This document shows positions 9,475 to 19,276 of a DNA stretch of 64,000 nucleotides, piece by piece. This DNA is from Ostreococcus lucimarinus (taxonomy: Eukaryota). Location: NCBI GenBank assembly GCA_000092065.1, contig CP000582.1, one strand, 5' to 3'. Within the stretch, counting starts at the first letter, position 1; each line of letters opens with the position of its first letter. The position numbers were made by a program, and so were the translations under genes. The notes beneath the pieces were generated by a model. That model saw nothing but the letters and a program-made list of their open reading frames with translations. It made no database searches and was not told the origin of the DNA.

Positions 9475-10278
9475 GCGCGCGCGCGCCGTCGCGCGGGCTC
9501 GCGTCGCGTCGCGCGGGCTCGCGTCGCGTCGCGTCGCGCGCGCACCGTCCGAAGCGCCGCGGCGTCCATCGCGCGCGCCGTCGCGCGTCGCGCGGTGCCG
9601 CCGCACACGTCGACGCGCGCGCGATGGCTCGAGAGCAGAGGTGCGCGACGACGGCGCGCGCGACGGACGACGACGGCGCGAGGCGCGTCGAGGACGACCG
9701 CGCGATGGACGACCGCGGGTCGAGGACGCGGCGACGCGCGACGGACGCGCGACGGATGCGCGCGAGTTGTTTGAGTTGTTTGAGTTTTTGAGTTTCGACG
9801 CGACGACTGACGCGAGACGACGGACGCGCGCAGCGCGAACGACGAGGACGCGTCGACGAGCTTTTTCTTGGTGTCGCCGAGCGCGGTGGTGGGCGCGAGG
9901 AAGCGCGGGTCGGACGCGGCGTTCGGGACGAGGGACGGCGCGGACGCGCGCGACGGCGCGGAACGCGCGGGGAAGCGACGGAGGAGTTTGCGACTCGCGC
10001 GCGCGGCGCCGGCGCGGGCGAAGGATGATTGCGGCGATGCGCGCGCGAAGGGGACGGGCGCGGCGCGCGCGGTGCCGAAACCGCGAGTTTTGACGAAGGC
10101 GAACGCGAACGTTCCGGCGCCGAGAGGCGCGGCGACGAAAGTCGTCGGCGAGGTCGCGCCGGCGAAGAAATCGTTTCCGGCGCCGCGGTTGGATAAACTG
10201 CGGGGGACGTGAGTGTCGTGACGCGCTCGCCGCGCGGTCGGGTCCTCGAACGTCGCTGAGAAATAGTTACAAGCGTAC

Positions 10279-12267
10279 TCAAATAGATTCCGCGAAGCGG
10301 ACGACGTCGCGAACCGCGCCGCCGCGACACTGACTTCCAGAGCCGTCTAGCCCGTCGAAAGTTCGGGACCAGACGTCGTGCACGAACGCGCGCTCGCGCT
10401 CGAGCGCGAAGCGCGGCTCGCCGTGGACGCCGATGAGCCAAGGAAGGGGCTTTTCTCCGTTTTCTATGACGAATTCGAGCTCGAAGAATACCGGAGCGCC
10501 GACGGCGGCGTATCCGGCGTAATGCGAGTCTTGTATGACGTTCCGTTCTTCCCTGACGCGCGCGCGGAAAGCGCGCACGACGGTTTGACACTGCGCGATC
10601 ATAGTCTTTGAAATGTCGTCCAATCCAAGCAAGCGCGCGCACAAGTCATCGATGTCGACTTCTCGCACCACGGCGGAGGCTTCGTCGCCGCTCAAGCCTC
10701 GATTTGTGAACTCGCGCAAGAACAGCTCGTCGTCGTATTCGTCACCCAAAATCACGCCATCGCCGTACTCGCGCACCGTGGAGTGCACTGACACGTATTG
10801 CGCGATGTACGCGACGTCGAAGCTCGGTTCGCGATCGGGAACGAACGCCGCGCGGACGCGTACCGAGCACTTTCGACCGAGCTCGTCCGTCACGCAGTCC
10901 TCGACGCGTCGCTGTGCGATGAGCCCACCTCGCGATCGTCGCGACGACGAGTCGATGATTTCCTCGCGAAAATACGCCAGCGTCCCGATGCGATTCTTGC
11001 GCTGTTTGAAAAGGCCTGGAAATTTCACGTGCTCGCCTTTGAGAACGTAGAGACGATTCGCGTCGCCAGAGCTCAAGTTTTCATCGATGTTCTCACTCGT
11101 GACCAACGTGGGCGATGAGACCGCGCCAGTGCCGTCGTACTGCGCGATAGCCTCGTGCGCTCGCGTTTTCGATGTCAGGAGTTCGTGCCAATGAGCGCCG
11201 TGGCTCACACTGTTGAACATGTCGAGCGAAGCGAAGAGGGAATCTTCGCCGCGCTCGGCTTCTGCGACCGACTCGCGCGCATTCCGCCACATTTCGCGGT
11301 ACGCCTCCACACTCTCATCGTCTCCACCATCGCACGCTAAGCGTGCGAGCGGATATACCGCCATGATTCCCGCGCCCGCGTGGAGCGCTTGCGTGTACAA
11401 ACTCGTCGGCTCGGCGGCGTAGCCGTTGAGATGCAGCGCGTGCGCGAGCGTGAACAACAACAGCGGATGCTTACCCGGTCTCACGAACTTACCCTCGGGA
11501 CCTCCTGATTTAGCCAACCGCATGAGTTTCACCGCACTCGCGATCGCGCCGAACTGCACGCACATCAGTCGCGCCAGCGCGATCCACGCGTCTGGATAGT
11601 CAAACGCGACGTTGACGCACTTGGCGTACTCCTCCTCGGCGTGATTGTACAACCCCAGATCTTCGCACATTCGTCCCGCGAATACGTACGCGGCGACGCA
11701 ACTGGGCGTGTGCTCGTACGTCGATCGCACGCATGAGAGACCGCGCGCGACGTACCCCTGCGCGCGATACACCGCGCCCAGCTGCAGCGACGCCTCGTAG
11801 TACTCTGGTTCAATCGCCAACGCGCGCTCCACCTTTTCCGCGAACGCGACCGCGGCCGCCCGCGCGCGCGGCGCGCCCTCGGGCGCCACCATCGCGTTCC
11901 TCGCGTCCTCCATCAGCTCCACGACCCTCGGATCGCGATCGCGCGCCTCGGCCGCCGCCGTCATCGCGCGCACCTCGGCGTCTCGCTTCGCCTCGTCCAG
12001 CCCCTCCCGCGCGCTCGCCTCGGCGTCCTCGCGAAGCGCCGCCTCCACGTCGTCCAGCGCGCGACGCGCGTCGTTCACGTCATCGTCGTCGCGCTCGTCC
12101 TCGTCGCCGTCGCGCGCGCGATCCATCGCGTCCGCGCGCGCGCCCTCGATCGCCGCTCGAATCTTTTTCGCATCCTCGAGCACGACCCTCGCGTCGCGTC
12201 TTCGCGCCGTCTCCGCCGCGCGCCGTCGCGCCGTCGCGTACGACGTCGCGCGCTCGAATCCATACAT
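10279..12267 (-). CDS. TPR-repeat protein with a C-terminal tubulin-tyrosine-ligase-like (TTL/ATP-grasp) domain
   Basis: The N-terminal half is TPR-like (EPEYYEASLQLGAVYRAQGY..., AWIALARLMCV...). The C-terminus has RLYVLKGEHV..., and PVFFELEFVIENGEKPLPWLIGVHGEPRF resembles the TTL motif F(D/E)LxGxDFxxD...PWLLEVNxxP. GC3 bias is strong. Confidence 0.6.
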   Translation of the reverse strand: MYGFERATSYATARRRAAETARRRDARVVLEDAKKIRAAIEGARADAMDRARDGDEDERDDDDVNDARRALDDVEAALREDAEASAREGLDEAKRDAEVRAMTAAAEARDRDPRVVELMEDARNAMVAPEGAPRARAAAVAFAEKVERALAIEPEYYEASLQLGAVYRAQGYVARGLSCVRSTYEHTPSCVAAYVFAGRMCEDLGLYNHAEEEYAKCVNVAFDYPDAWIALARLMCVQFGAIASAVKLMRLAKSGGPEGKFVRPGKHPLLLFTLAHALHLNGYAAEPTSLYTQALHAGAGIMAVYPLARLACDGGDDESVEAYREMWRNARESVAEAERGEDSLFASLDMFNSVSHGAHWHELLTSKTRAHEAIAQYDGTGAVSSPTLVTSENIDENLSSGDANRLYVLKGEHVKFPGLFKQRKNRIGTLAYFREEIIDSSSRRSRGGLIAQRRVEDCVTDELGRKCSVRVRAAFVPDREPSFDVAYIAQYVSVHSTVREYGDGVILGDEYDDELFLREFTNRGLSGDEASAVVREVDIDDLCARLLGLDDISKTMIAQCQTVVRAFRARVREERNVIQDSHYAGYAAVGAPVFFELEFVIENGEKPLPWLIGVHGEPRFALERERAFVHDVWSRTFDGLDGSGSQCRGGAVRDVVRFAESI

Positions 12268-12336
12268 GCGTTCGATCGCGCGCGCGCGCGACGCGTCGTC
12301 GTCTCGCGCGTCGGTCGCGCGGTTTCCGCGCGCCGC

Positions 12337-13164
12337 GTGCGTTTTCGAAAAAGCGTTTTTTCGACGATTCGACTCGGCGCGCGGTCAAACCGCGACGCCG
12401 CGTCGTTCGCGCGCTCGATGCGCGCGCTCGTCGGCGGCGCGGACTGCGCGCGCGCGGGCGTCGCGATCGTCCTCGGCGGATTCGCGCGCGATCGCGCGTG
12501 GCGCGACGTCGCGCGCGACGACGACGGCGCGCGATCGTCGCGCGCCGTCGTCGACGATGATTTCGACGACGACGACGCGCGCGCGACGGCGACGGCGACG
12601 CCGACGCTCGGCGCGGCGCGCGACGGCGACGACGCCTTCGTCGCGCTGAACGCGCGCGTCGACCGCGCGGACGCGGCGCGCGTCGCGCTGGAGGCGATCG
12701 ACGCGCTGGACGCGCTCGCGGGCGACGACGCGCTGGACGAGGCGTGCTTCGTCGTGGCGGTGCGCGACGACGCGCTCGAGCGGGACGCGCGCGAGGTGGA
12801 CGACGCGGAGGCGTTTCTCGCGTTCGAAGACGCGCGAAACGGCGCGCGGGCGTCGCGAGCGGAGGGGATCGTGGCGAGGGCGCTCGGCGCGCGAGGGCTC
12901 GACGCGCGAGACGGCGGCGCGCTGGCGACGACGCTGCGGGCGTTGGAGGCGCGCGGGACGAAGACGAGGGTGCTGTACGCGCCGGCACACGAGGCGGGGA
13001 AGTTCGACGCGGACGGCGGGCGAGCGGCGATGGCGGTGAGGCATCGGTTGGGGCGGGCGGTGGAGGCGAGCGCGTTCGCGACGGCGCGCGCGTACGACGA
13101 GGACGCGGCGGCGAGATTGACGCCGGCAGCGGCGGCGAACGAGCGCGAGTCCCTGTACGTGTGA
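12337..13164 (+). CDS. Hypothetical Ala/Asp/Arg-rich protein of unknown function
   Basis: Almost every codon in this frame ends in G/C (coding-like GC3). The overlapping minus-strand ORFs (12075-13220) are S/R/A homopolymer-like. The track start is GTG; the first ATG gives MRALVGGADCARAG... No family recognised. Confidence 0.3.
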   Translation: MRFRKSVFSTIRLGARSNRDAASFARSMRALVGGADCARAGVAIVLGGFARDRAWRDVARDDDGARSSRAVVDDDFDDDDARATATATPTLGAARDGDDAFVALNARVDRADAARVALEAIDALDALAGDDALDEACFVVAVRDDALERDAREVDDAEAFLAFEDARNGARASRAEGIVARALGARGLDARDGGALATTLRALEARGTKTRVLYAPAHEAGKFDADGGRAAMAVRHRLGRAVEASAFATARAYDEDAAARLTPAAAANERESLYV

Positions 13165-13216
13165 TGGCGCGCTAAACTGAACGGTATTGTAATATTAAAT
13201 CGACGAACGCGTTCGC

Positions 13217-14302
13217 TCACGCGGACGGTGGCGGCGGCGGCGGCGGCGGCGGTCCGCGCGCCGGCGGCATCACGATGGTCGGTCGCCCTCGCGCGTCGTA
13301 TCGCACCGGCACGTACATCATCGGCTGCCCAGCGGCGGACGGTGGCGGCGGCGCGCCGCCGACGCCCATCTGTCCCATTGCCGCGCTCGGCGGCGGCGGT
13401 GGCGGTCGCGGAAGCCCGCGCATGCCGAACATACCGCCGCCGCCCATCGGCGACGGCTTGGCGCCGCCGCCGCGCGCGCCGGACGATCGCTTCTTTCCGT
13501 TCGCCTTTTTCCGCGCCGCTTTCGCCGCGGCTTCCTCTTCGTCGTCGCTGAACTCTTCCTCCTCGACCACTTCCTCGTCATCCTTACCGCTCGCGTCGTA
13601 CCCCTTCTTATACAACCTCGCGACGTTCGGAATCCTCCTCGACCGCCCGACGACGACGAACACCTCGTCCCCCGTCTCCGCCGTCACCTCCTCCGGCAAC
13701 CGCAGCGCGTACAGCGGCGCGCTCACCGGTCCAAACACCTCCTCGATCGCTCCCAACCCTCGCCGATCGCGCGTGCACAGCACGCTCTCCTCGTCCAGCG
13801 TCTCGTCGACGCCGTCCAGATCCGTCTCTCGCTCGCGCGTCGCGTCGCCCCTCCCGCTCTGCACCACCATCGTCCGTCCCACCACCGACACCACCCGTCC
13901 CACCGCCTCGATCGTCTCGTCGCTCCCGATCGCCGCCACCGGCGTCACCGCCCCGTCGTCGTTCGCGATCTCGTTCCGCGTCCTCGGCGGCGCGTCGCCG
14001 TCTTCGCCGTCCTCGTCGTCGTCGTCGTCGTCCCCCCCGTCGCGCGCGCGCGCCAACCACTTCGGCACGTCCCTCGCGCTCACGCTCTCGCACGACGTCG
14101 ACCCATCGTCTTCGTCGCTCTCGCTCGTCGTCCACGCGCTCGACGAGCTCGCGTCGTCGCGCCGTCGCGCCTCGTCGAACGCGAATTCCGGCACGCGCGC
14201 CTCGTCGCTCGCGTCGTCGCGTCGCGCGTCGCCCGTCGCGCGGGCCGCCGCCGCGGCGACGCGCACGTCGAGCGGCGCGCGTTCGAGCGCGCGCTCGAGC
14301 AT
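13217..14302 (-). CDS. NAF1: H/ACA snoRNP assembly factor NAF1-like (Gar1-type domain plus Pro-rich C-terminus)
   Basis: RGLGAIEEVFGPVSAPLYALRLPEEV...GDEVFVVVGRSRRIPNVARLYKKGYDASGKDDEEV is a Gar1/Naf1 fold signature. It is followed by acidic and poly-Pro/Gly tails. The track ORF extends antisense into exportin up to 15346, which is implausible. The ATG at about 14302 (MLERALERAPL) is taken as the start. Confidence 0.6.
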   Translation of the reverse strand: MLERALERAPLDVRVAAAAARATGDARRDDASDEARVPEFAFDEARRRDDASSSSAWTTSESDEDDGSTSCESVSARDVPKWLARARDGGDDDDDDEDGEDGDAPPRTRNEIANDDGAVTPVAAIGSDETIEAVGRVVSVVGRTMVVQSGRGDATRERETDLDGVDETLDEESVLCTRDRRGLGAIEEVFGPVSAPLYALRLPEEVTAETGDEVFVVVGRSRRIPNVARLYKKGYDASGKDDEEVVEEEEFSDDEEEAAAKAARKKANGKKRSSGARGGGAKPSPMGGGGMFGMRGLPRPPPPPPSAAMGQMGVGGAPPPPSAAGQPMMYVPVRYDARGRPTIVMPPARGPPPPPPPPPSA

Positions 14303-14430
14303 CGCGCGCGCCGTCGCGGCGCGACGACGCGAAGTGCGGCGCTCGATCGAGTCGTTGCGGGACGTCGCGACGACCGCCGGCACACGCGCGCGCGCTCGCG
14401 ATCGCGACGACGCGACGGCGCGACGACGCG

Positions 14431-14517
14431 ATGGACGTCGCGCGCGCGGTGCTCGACGGCGACGTCGCGGCGCTGGACGAGGTGGTGGAGCAATTCTACG
14501 GCGGTGACTCTGGCAAG
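14431..14517 (+). CDS. XPO1: Exportin-1 (CRM1) exon 1
   Basis: ATG at 14431. MDVARAVLDGDVAALDEVVEQFYGGDSGK aligns with the yeast Crm1 N-terminus ([27 protein letters not shown]). It ends at AAG|GTGCGACG. Confidence 0.55.
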
Positions 14518-14864
14518 GTGCGACGAATCGAACGCGCGAACGAACGAATCGGGACGGAAAGGGCGCGGAAGCGGGCGCGGGACGCGCCGAGACGGGATCG
14601 AAGGCGAGGACGAACGATGGGACGTCGATGGACGGGGCGCGAACGCGCGAGGGCGCGCGGAGGGACGAAAGGGGGGGGGGGGGATCGATGAGATGATCGA
14701 CGCGCGAGCGAAGGCGCGGAGCGAAGGCGCGGAGCGAAGGCGTGGACGGCGCGACGCGCGACGCGCGACGCGAGGGGAGGACGCGCGGACGCGAAAACGC
14801 GCGGATCGGGACGGGCGACGAGAATTTGAGGACTGACGAAGACGGTTCGACTCGACGGCGACAG
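14518..14864 (+). other. XPO1: Predicted spliceosomal intron of XPO1 (about 347 nt; donor GTGCGA, acceptor gacAG)
   Basis: Splicing 14517 to 14865 joins ...FYGGDSGK|RAEAEKILQSLQEHEQTWTRVDGILE in phase 0. This recreates the conserved CRM1 N-terminus. The main ORF otherwise begins at a GTG and lacks it. Confidence 0.5.
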
Positions 14865-17800
14865 CGCGCGGAGGCGGAGAAGATTTTGCAGAGTTTGCAA
14901 GAGCACGAACAGACGTGGACGCGCGTGGATGGGATCTTGGAGACGTCTAAGAATGCGAATACGAAGTTTTTCGCGCTGCAAGTGCTGGATGGGGTGATCA
15001 AGTACCGATGGGGGTTGTTGCCGAACGACCAACGCGAGGGGATCAAAAATTTCGTGAGCAATTTGATCATCAAGTTGAGCGCCGATGAGACGACGTTTAG
15101 GCGGGATCGGGCGTACATCAACAAGATCAATAACGTGCTGGTGCAGATTTTGAAACACGATTGGCCGCATCGCTGGCAGAGTTTCATTCCGGATTTGGTG
15201 GGCGCGGCGAGGACGAGCGAGTCGCTGTGCGAAAACTGCATGAGCATCTTGAAATTGCTGTCGGAGGAAGTTTTCGATTTCAGTCGAGGGGAGATGACGC
15301 AAGACAAAATTAGAGCGCTGAAGACTTCTTTGAACAGCGAGTTCAAGATGATTCACGAGCTGTGCGAGTTTGTCCTGACGCATTCGCAAAAACCAGAGTT
15401 GATAAAGACGACGCTCACGACGCTCAACGCGTTCTTGTCGTGGATACCTCTCGGTTACATCTTCGAGTCGTCGTTGTTGGACACCTTGCTCGCGCTCGCG
15501 CCCAATCCGGCGTATCGCAACATCGCATTCCTCTGTCTGTCGGAGATTGGTGGTTTGAACGTCGAGGCGAAATACGACGCGCACTTCATCAAGCTCTACA
15601 CCGTCGCCGTGGAACACCTGCTGGGCATCTTGCCTCGCGGCGTGAACATCGCCCAGGCGTACGCCAACGGTACGGATGACGAGCAGGCGTTTGTGCAAAA
15701 CTTGGGCATCTTCCTCACTCAATTTTTCAAAGCTCACATCGTGCTCTTGGAATCGACCGCCGAGTTGCAGCAATCGATGCTCATCGGCATCGAGTATCTT
15801 TTGAACATTTCCTACGTGGAAGAACCTGAAGTTTTCAAGGTTTGCCTCGATTACTGGCACTTCATGGTGTGTGATGTGTTCCAATCCGAAGGCGGTGATG
15901 CCGGGGACTTCCGATTCGGCGGAGATGTCGTCGCTCAAAACGAGCGAGGCGTAAACCGTCGAGTGCTGTACGCCGCGCCGTTTAGCAAACTGCGCTTGCT
16001 GATGATTTCGCGCATGGCCAAACCGGAGGAGGTTTTGATCGTAGAGGATGAAAATGGGAACATCGTGCGAGAAACTTTGAAGGATAACGACGTCTTGGTG
16101 CAGTACAAGATTATGCGCGAGACTCTGATTTACCTTGCGCATCTCGACCACAAGGATACCGAAACGCAAATGCTCGAAAAACTGCACGCGCAGCTCAACG
16201 GTCGTGAGTACACGTGGCATACGTTGAACACGCTCTGTTGGGCCATCGGTTCGATCAGTGGATCCATGCAAGAGGATCAAGAGAACCGATTTCTGGTGAC
16301 CGCCATTCGAGACTTGCTCAACCTGTGCGAAATCATGCGCATGAAGGACCACAAAGCCGTCATCGCGTCAAACATCATGTACGTTGTCGGACAGTACCCG
16401 CGCTTCTTACGTCTACATTGGAAGTTCTTGAAGACCGTGGTGAACAAGCTGTTCGAGTTCATGCACGAGACGCATCCGGGTGTGCAGGATATGGCGTGCG
16501 ATACGTTTCTGAAGATCTCCATGAAATGCAAGCGCAAATTTGTCATTTTACAAGTTGGCGAGACGGAGCCGTTCGTCGACGAACTTTTGCGAGGACTGTC
16601 TGACACTATTCGCGACTTAGAGCCGCATCAAGTGCACACGTTCTACGAATCTGTCGGTCACATGATCGGCAGCGAGTTGAACCCGGCGAAGAGAGAAGAG
16701 TACGTGCAGCGATTGATGGCGCCTCCCAATGAGCAGTGGCAACAAATCATGACTCAGGCGCGCCAGAATAGTGAGTGCTTGAAGAATCAAGACGTCATCA
16801 AAAACATCTTGAACATTCTCAAGTCGAACACGCACTTTTGCATGTCTCTTGGCCAACCGTTCCAAAACCAAATGTCAGCCATTTACGCGGATGTTTTGAA
16901 CGTTTACAAGCTTTACAGCGAATTGGTCAGTCAAAGCATCGCGGAAGGCGGGCCGTACGCAAGTAAGTCGTCCTTTGTCAAGTTGTTGCGCTCCGTCAAA
17001 CGAGAAGTTCTTCGACTCATCGAAACATTTGTCGAACGCTGCGACGACCCGCATCTCGTCGCGCAGCAGCTCGTGCCGCAGATGTACGATCCCATCTTGG
17101 GTGACTATGCGCGGAACATTCCGGACGCGCGCGACGCCGAGGTGTTGTCGCTCTTCGCGGCAATCATCAATAAGGTGGAGACTGCGATGACCGATGAAAT
17201 TCCGAAGATCTTCGACGCCGTGTTTGAGTGCACGTTGTCGATGATTACGAAGAACTTTGAGGACTTCCCCGATCATCGACTAAAGTTCTTCCTGCTTCTT
17301 CGTTCGGTAACGAATCACTGCTTCCGAGCTCTCGTTGCGTTGAGCCCGGCGCATTTGAAACTCATCATTGATTCCATTGTCTGGGCATTCCGTCACACCG
17401 AGCGCAACGTCGCGGATGAAGGTTTGAACTTACTTTTGGAGATGATGAAGTACTTTCAACTCTCCGAATACTGCAATCAATTCCACCAAAGCTTCTACTT
17501 GATGACGATGAGCGAGGTCTTCGCCGTCATGACGGATGGTTTTCACAAGCCAGGTTTCAAATTGCACGCTCTCATTCTGCAAAATCTCTTCACTATTAGC
17601 GAAAGTGATCAATTGAGTGCGCCTCTTTGGGACGTTGCGGCGAAGGGGGCGGGCGCTTATCCGTCCAACGCGGCTTTCGTTCAAGAGCACTGCGCGCAGT
17701 TGTTGTGCACCTCGTTCCCGAACATGCCACCAGCTGAAGTTCAAACGTTAGTTCTCGCGATGTTCCAATGCAAGAATGACCTCGCGGCGTTCAAGTCAAC

Positions 17801-17957
17801 GTTGAGGGACTTCTTAGTGCAGACGAAACAATTTAGCAGCGTGGATTTTGCAGAGGAAGAGCAAAGCCGGTTAGCGGCTCAGCGACAAGCGCGGCTTTCA
17901 GCTATTCCGGGGATGGTCAGCGGCGCGAACGTCGGTGACATGGATGACGACGAGTAG
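14865..17957 (+). CDS. XPO1: Exportin-1 (CRM1) main exon
   Basis: The 1071-aa ORF is colinear with CRM1: importin-beta N-terminus WTRVDGILETSKNANTKFFALQVLDGVIKYRWGLLPNDQREGIKNFV, and the CRM1 central and C-terminal regions along its length. Confidence 0.9.
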   Translation, partial: RAEAEKILQSLQEHEQTWTRVDGILETSKNANTKFFALQVLDGVIKYRWGLLPNDQREGIKNFVSNLIIKLSADETTFRRDRAYINKINNVLVQILKHDWPHRWQSFIPDLVGAARTSESLCENCMSILKLLSEEVFDFSRGEMTQDKIRALKTSLNSEFKMIHELCEFVLTHSQKPELIKTTLTTLNAFLSWIPLGYIFESSLLDTLLALAPNPAYRNIAFLCLSEIGGLNVEAKYDAHFIKLYTVAVEHLLGILPRGVNIAQAYANGTDDEQAFVQNLGIFLTQFFKAHIVLLESTAELQQSMLIGIEYLLNISYVEEPEVFKVCLDYWHFMVCDVFQSEGGDAGDFRFGGDVVAQNERGVNRRVLYAAPFSKLRLLMISRMAKPEEVLIVEDENGNIVRETLKDNDVLVQYKIMRETLIYLAHLDHKDTETQMLEKLHAQLNGREYTWHTLNTLCWAIGSISGSMQEDQENRFLVTAIRDLLNLCEIMRMKDHKAVIASNIMYVVGQYPRFLRLHWKFLKTVVNKLFEFMHETHPGVQDMACDTFLKISMKCKRKFVILQVGETEPFVDELLRGLSDTIRDLEPHQVHTFYESVGHMIGSELNPAKREEYVQRLMAPPNEQWQQIMTQARQNSECLKNQDVIKNILNILKSNTHFCMSLGQPFQNQMSAIYADVLNVYKLYSELVSQSIAEGGPYASKSSFVKLLRSVKREVLRLIETFVERCDDPHLVAQQLVPQMYDPILGDYARNIPDARDAEVLSLFAAIINKVETAMTDEIPKIFDAVFECTLSMITKNFEDFPDHRLKFFLLLRSVTNHCFRALVALSPAHLKLIIDSIVWAFRHTERNVADEGLNLLLEMMKYFQLSEYCNQFHQSFYLMTMSEVFAVMTDGFHKPGFKLHALILQNLFTISESDQLSAPLWDVAAKGAGAYPSNAAFVQEHCAQLLCTSFPNMPPAEVQTLVLAMFQCKNDLAAFKSTLRDFLVQTKQFSSVDFAEEEQSRLAAQRQARLSAIPGMVSGANVGDMDDDE

Positions 17958-18010
17958 ATCGACGGCTCTTTAAATACTACGAAATCTAACAATAGCTAAA
18001 TATATATAGT

Positions 18011-19276
18011 TCACACGCCGCTCTTGGGATCGTACACGCGCATCAGCTCCTTCGCCGCTCGCTCGTACGTCTCATCGCTCGTATTCTCGAGGAACAGTGG
18101 TTTTGCGTTTTCGACTTCCTGCGGGCGCGATCGAGCCGCGGCTGCGGCGTACGCCGAGTCGTAGTGTTCTTCTAGTATATCTTGCACGAAAGCATCCCAG
18201 TCTCCACCGGCGATGAGCGCCTTCCACGCATTCACCCTCTCGTGTCCGACGCGCTTCACGAGAACATCTATACACTCCAACAAGCGATCCGTCTCCGTCG
18301 TCTCAAAGTGCTGGTACCCCGCTCGAATCCACTTCACGCGCTCCGACATGGGTATCTCCAGCTGTGTCACCGCTCCTTTGCGCATGCCTGACCACATCGT
18401 GCTGGGCACTTGGACTTTTCCAATCATTGAGCTCTCGCCCTCGACGAACACGGGCCTTGTGGGATCGAACCGGCGCGCCTTGCACGCGATGCGAGAGTCA
18501 AAAAGTTTTTGACTTGGCTGCTCGCGTGCGCCGGGTTCTTCCCCTAGAATCGAGCCACGATGATTTGCCATCACTTCTAAATCGATCACCTGCGCACCCG
18601 CGGCTTCGAGAGCGTCCAATAACTTACCCTTTGCACAACCGGTTTTTCCCGCGACGACGTGATAGGAAAATTGATCCATCCCTCGCAACCATTCGAGCAC
18701 GCCAGCTCGGTAACGTTTATACCCGCCGGGGGCAAAGTGAACATCAAAACCAATTCTGCTGAGCACGTGCGCCAGACTGAGCGACCGCTCACCGCCGCGC
18801 CAACAATAAACTAAAATCTTCGTCGACTTTTCGCAAGCCATGAAATTTTCATCAATTATCTTACTCAAGTTTTGTGCCACGAGCGCTGCCCCGAGTTTCT
18901 TCGCCTCAAACGGGTCGACTTGCTTATATATAGTTCCCACACGTTTCCTCTCTTCGTCATCAAGCACTGGGGTGCTTATCGCTCCCGGGACGTGGTCGTC
19001 CTCGTACTCGCTCGGCGCGCGCGCGTCGCACACGTAGTCGAACGCTCCCGCGTCGAATCCATCGTCGTCGAGCGTCACCGTTCGAATGCGTGGGCCGAGG
19101 TCCAAGAAGTCCTCGGGATAGGTGTGTTTAGCCTGCGCGCGCGCGGGCGCAGGTCCAGCGCGATGTCCCCAGTGCCTAACGACCGCTTCAGGTTTTCGCG
19201 CGAAATGCGCGACAAGCGACGTCGCACGACCGCGCGTCGAGCTCGCGCGAAGTGCGTGCGAGCACATGTGACGCAT
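18011..19276 (-). CDS. selU: tRNA 2-selenouridine synthase (SelU/MnmH/YbbB): rhodanese domain plus P-loop domain, with an approximately 60-aa basic N-terminal extension (putative organellar presequence)
   Basis: VLDDEERKRVGTIYKQ (E. coli LMNDDERAAVGTCYKQ). Rhodanese active-site VYCWRGGERS (LCCARGGQRS). P-loop HVVAGKTGCAKGKLL (VLIGGCTGSGKTLLV). The track start is TTG; the first ATG is at about 19276 (MRHMCSHALRASSTRG...). Confidence 0.8.
   Translation of the reverse strand: MRHMCSHALRASSTRGRATSLVAHFARKPEAVVRHWGHRAGPAPARAQAKHTYPEDFLDLGPRIRTVTLDDDGFDAGAFDYVCDARAPSEYEDDHVPGAISTPVLDDEERKRVGTIYKQVDPFEAKKLGAALVAQNLSKIIDENFMACEKSTKILVYCWRGGERSLSLAHVLSRIGFDVHFAPGGYKRYRAGVLEWLRGMDQFSYHVVAGKTGCAKGKLLDALEAAGAQVIDLEVMANHRGSILGEEPGAREQPSQKLFDSRIACKARRFDPTRPVFVEGESSMIGKVQVPSTMWSGMRKGAVTQLEIPMSERVKWIRAGYQHFETTETDRLLECIDVLVKRVGHERVNAWKALIAGGDWDAFVQDILEEHYDSAYAAAAARSRPQEVENAKPLFLENTSDETYERAAKELMRVYDPKSGV

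Noticed and set aside
9050-10642. 530-aa minus-strand ORF, extremely Arg/Ser/Pro-rich, overlapping PDCD5
   Set aside because: It is a homopolymer-like translation of GC-rich microsatellite DNA. It has no motif and no GC3 preference relative to other frames. PDCD5 in the other frame is clearly conserved.
12075-13220. Two long minus-strand ORFs (381 and 302 aa), Ser/Ala/Arg/Pro homopolymer-like
   Set aside because: The plus-strand frame (12337-13164) shows the coding-type G/C third-position bias and a more balanced composition. It is kept as a low-confidence hypothetical instead.
14496-16352. 618-aa minus-strand ORF antisense to exportin-1. Also the 709-aa extension of the NAF1 ORF up to 15346.
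   Set aside because: The plus-strand frame is a textbook CRM1. The antisense ORFs exist only because 65% GC depletes stop codons. The NAF1 homology is confined to 13217 to about 14300.
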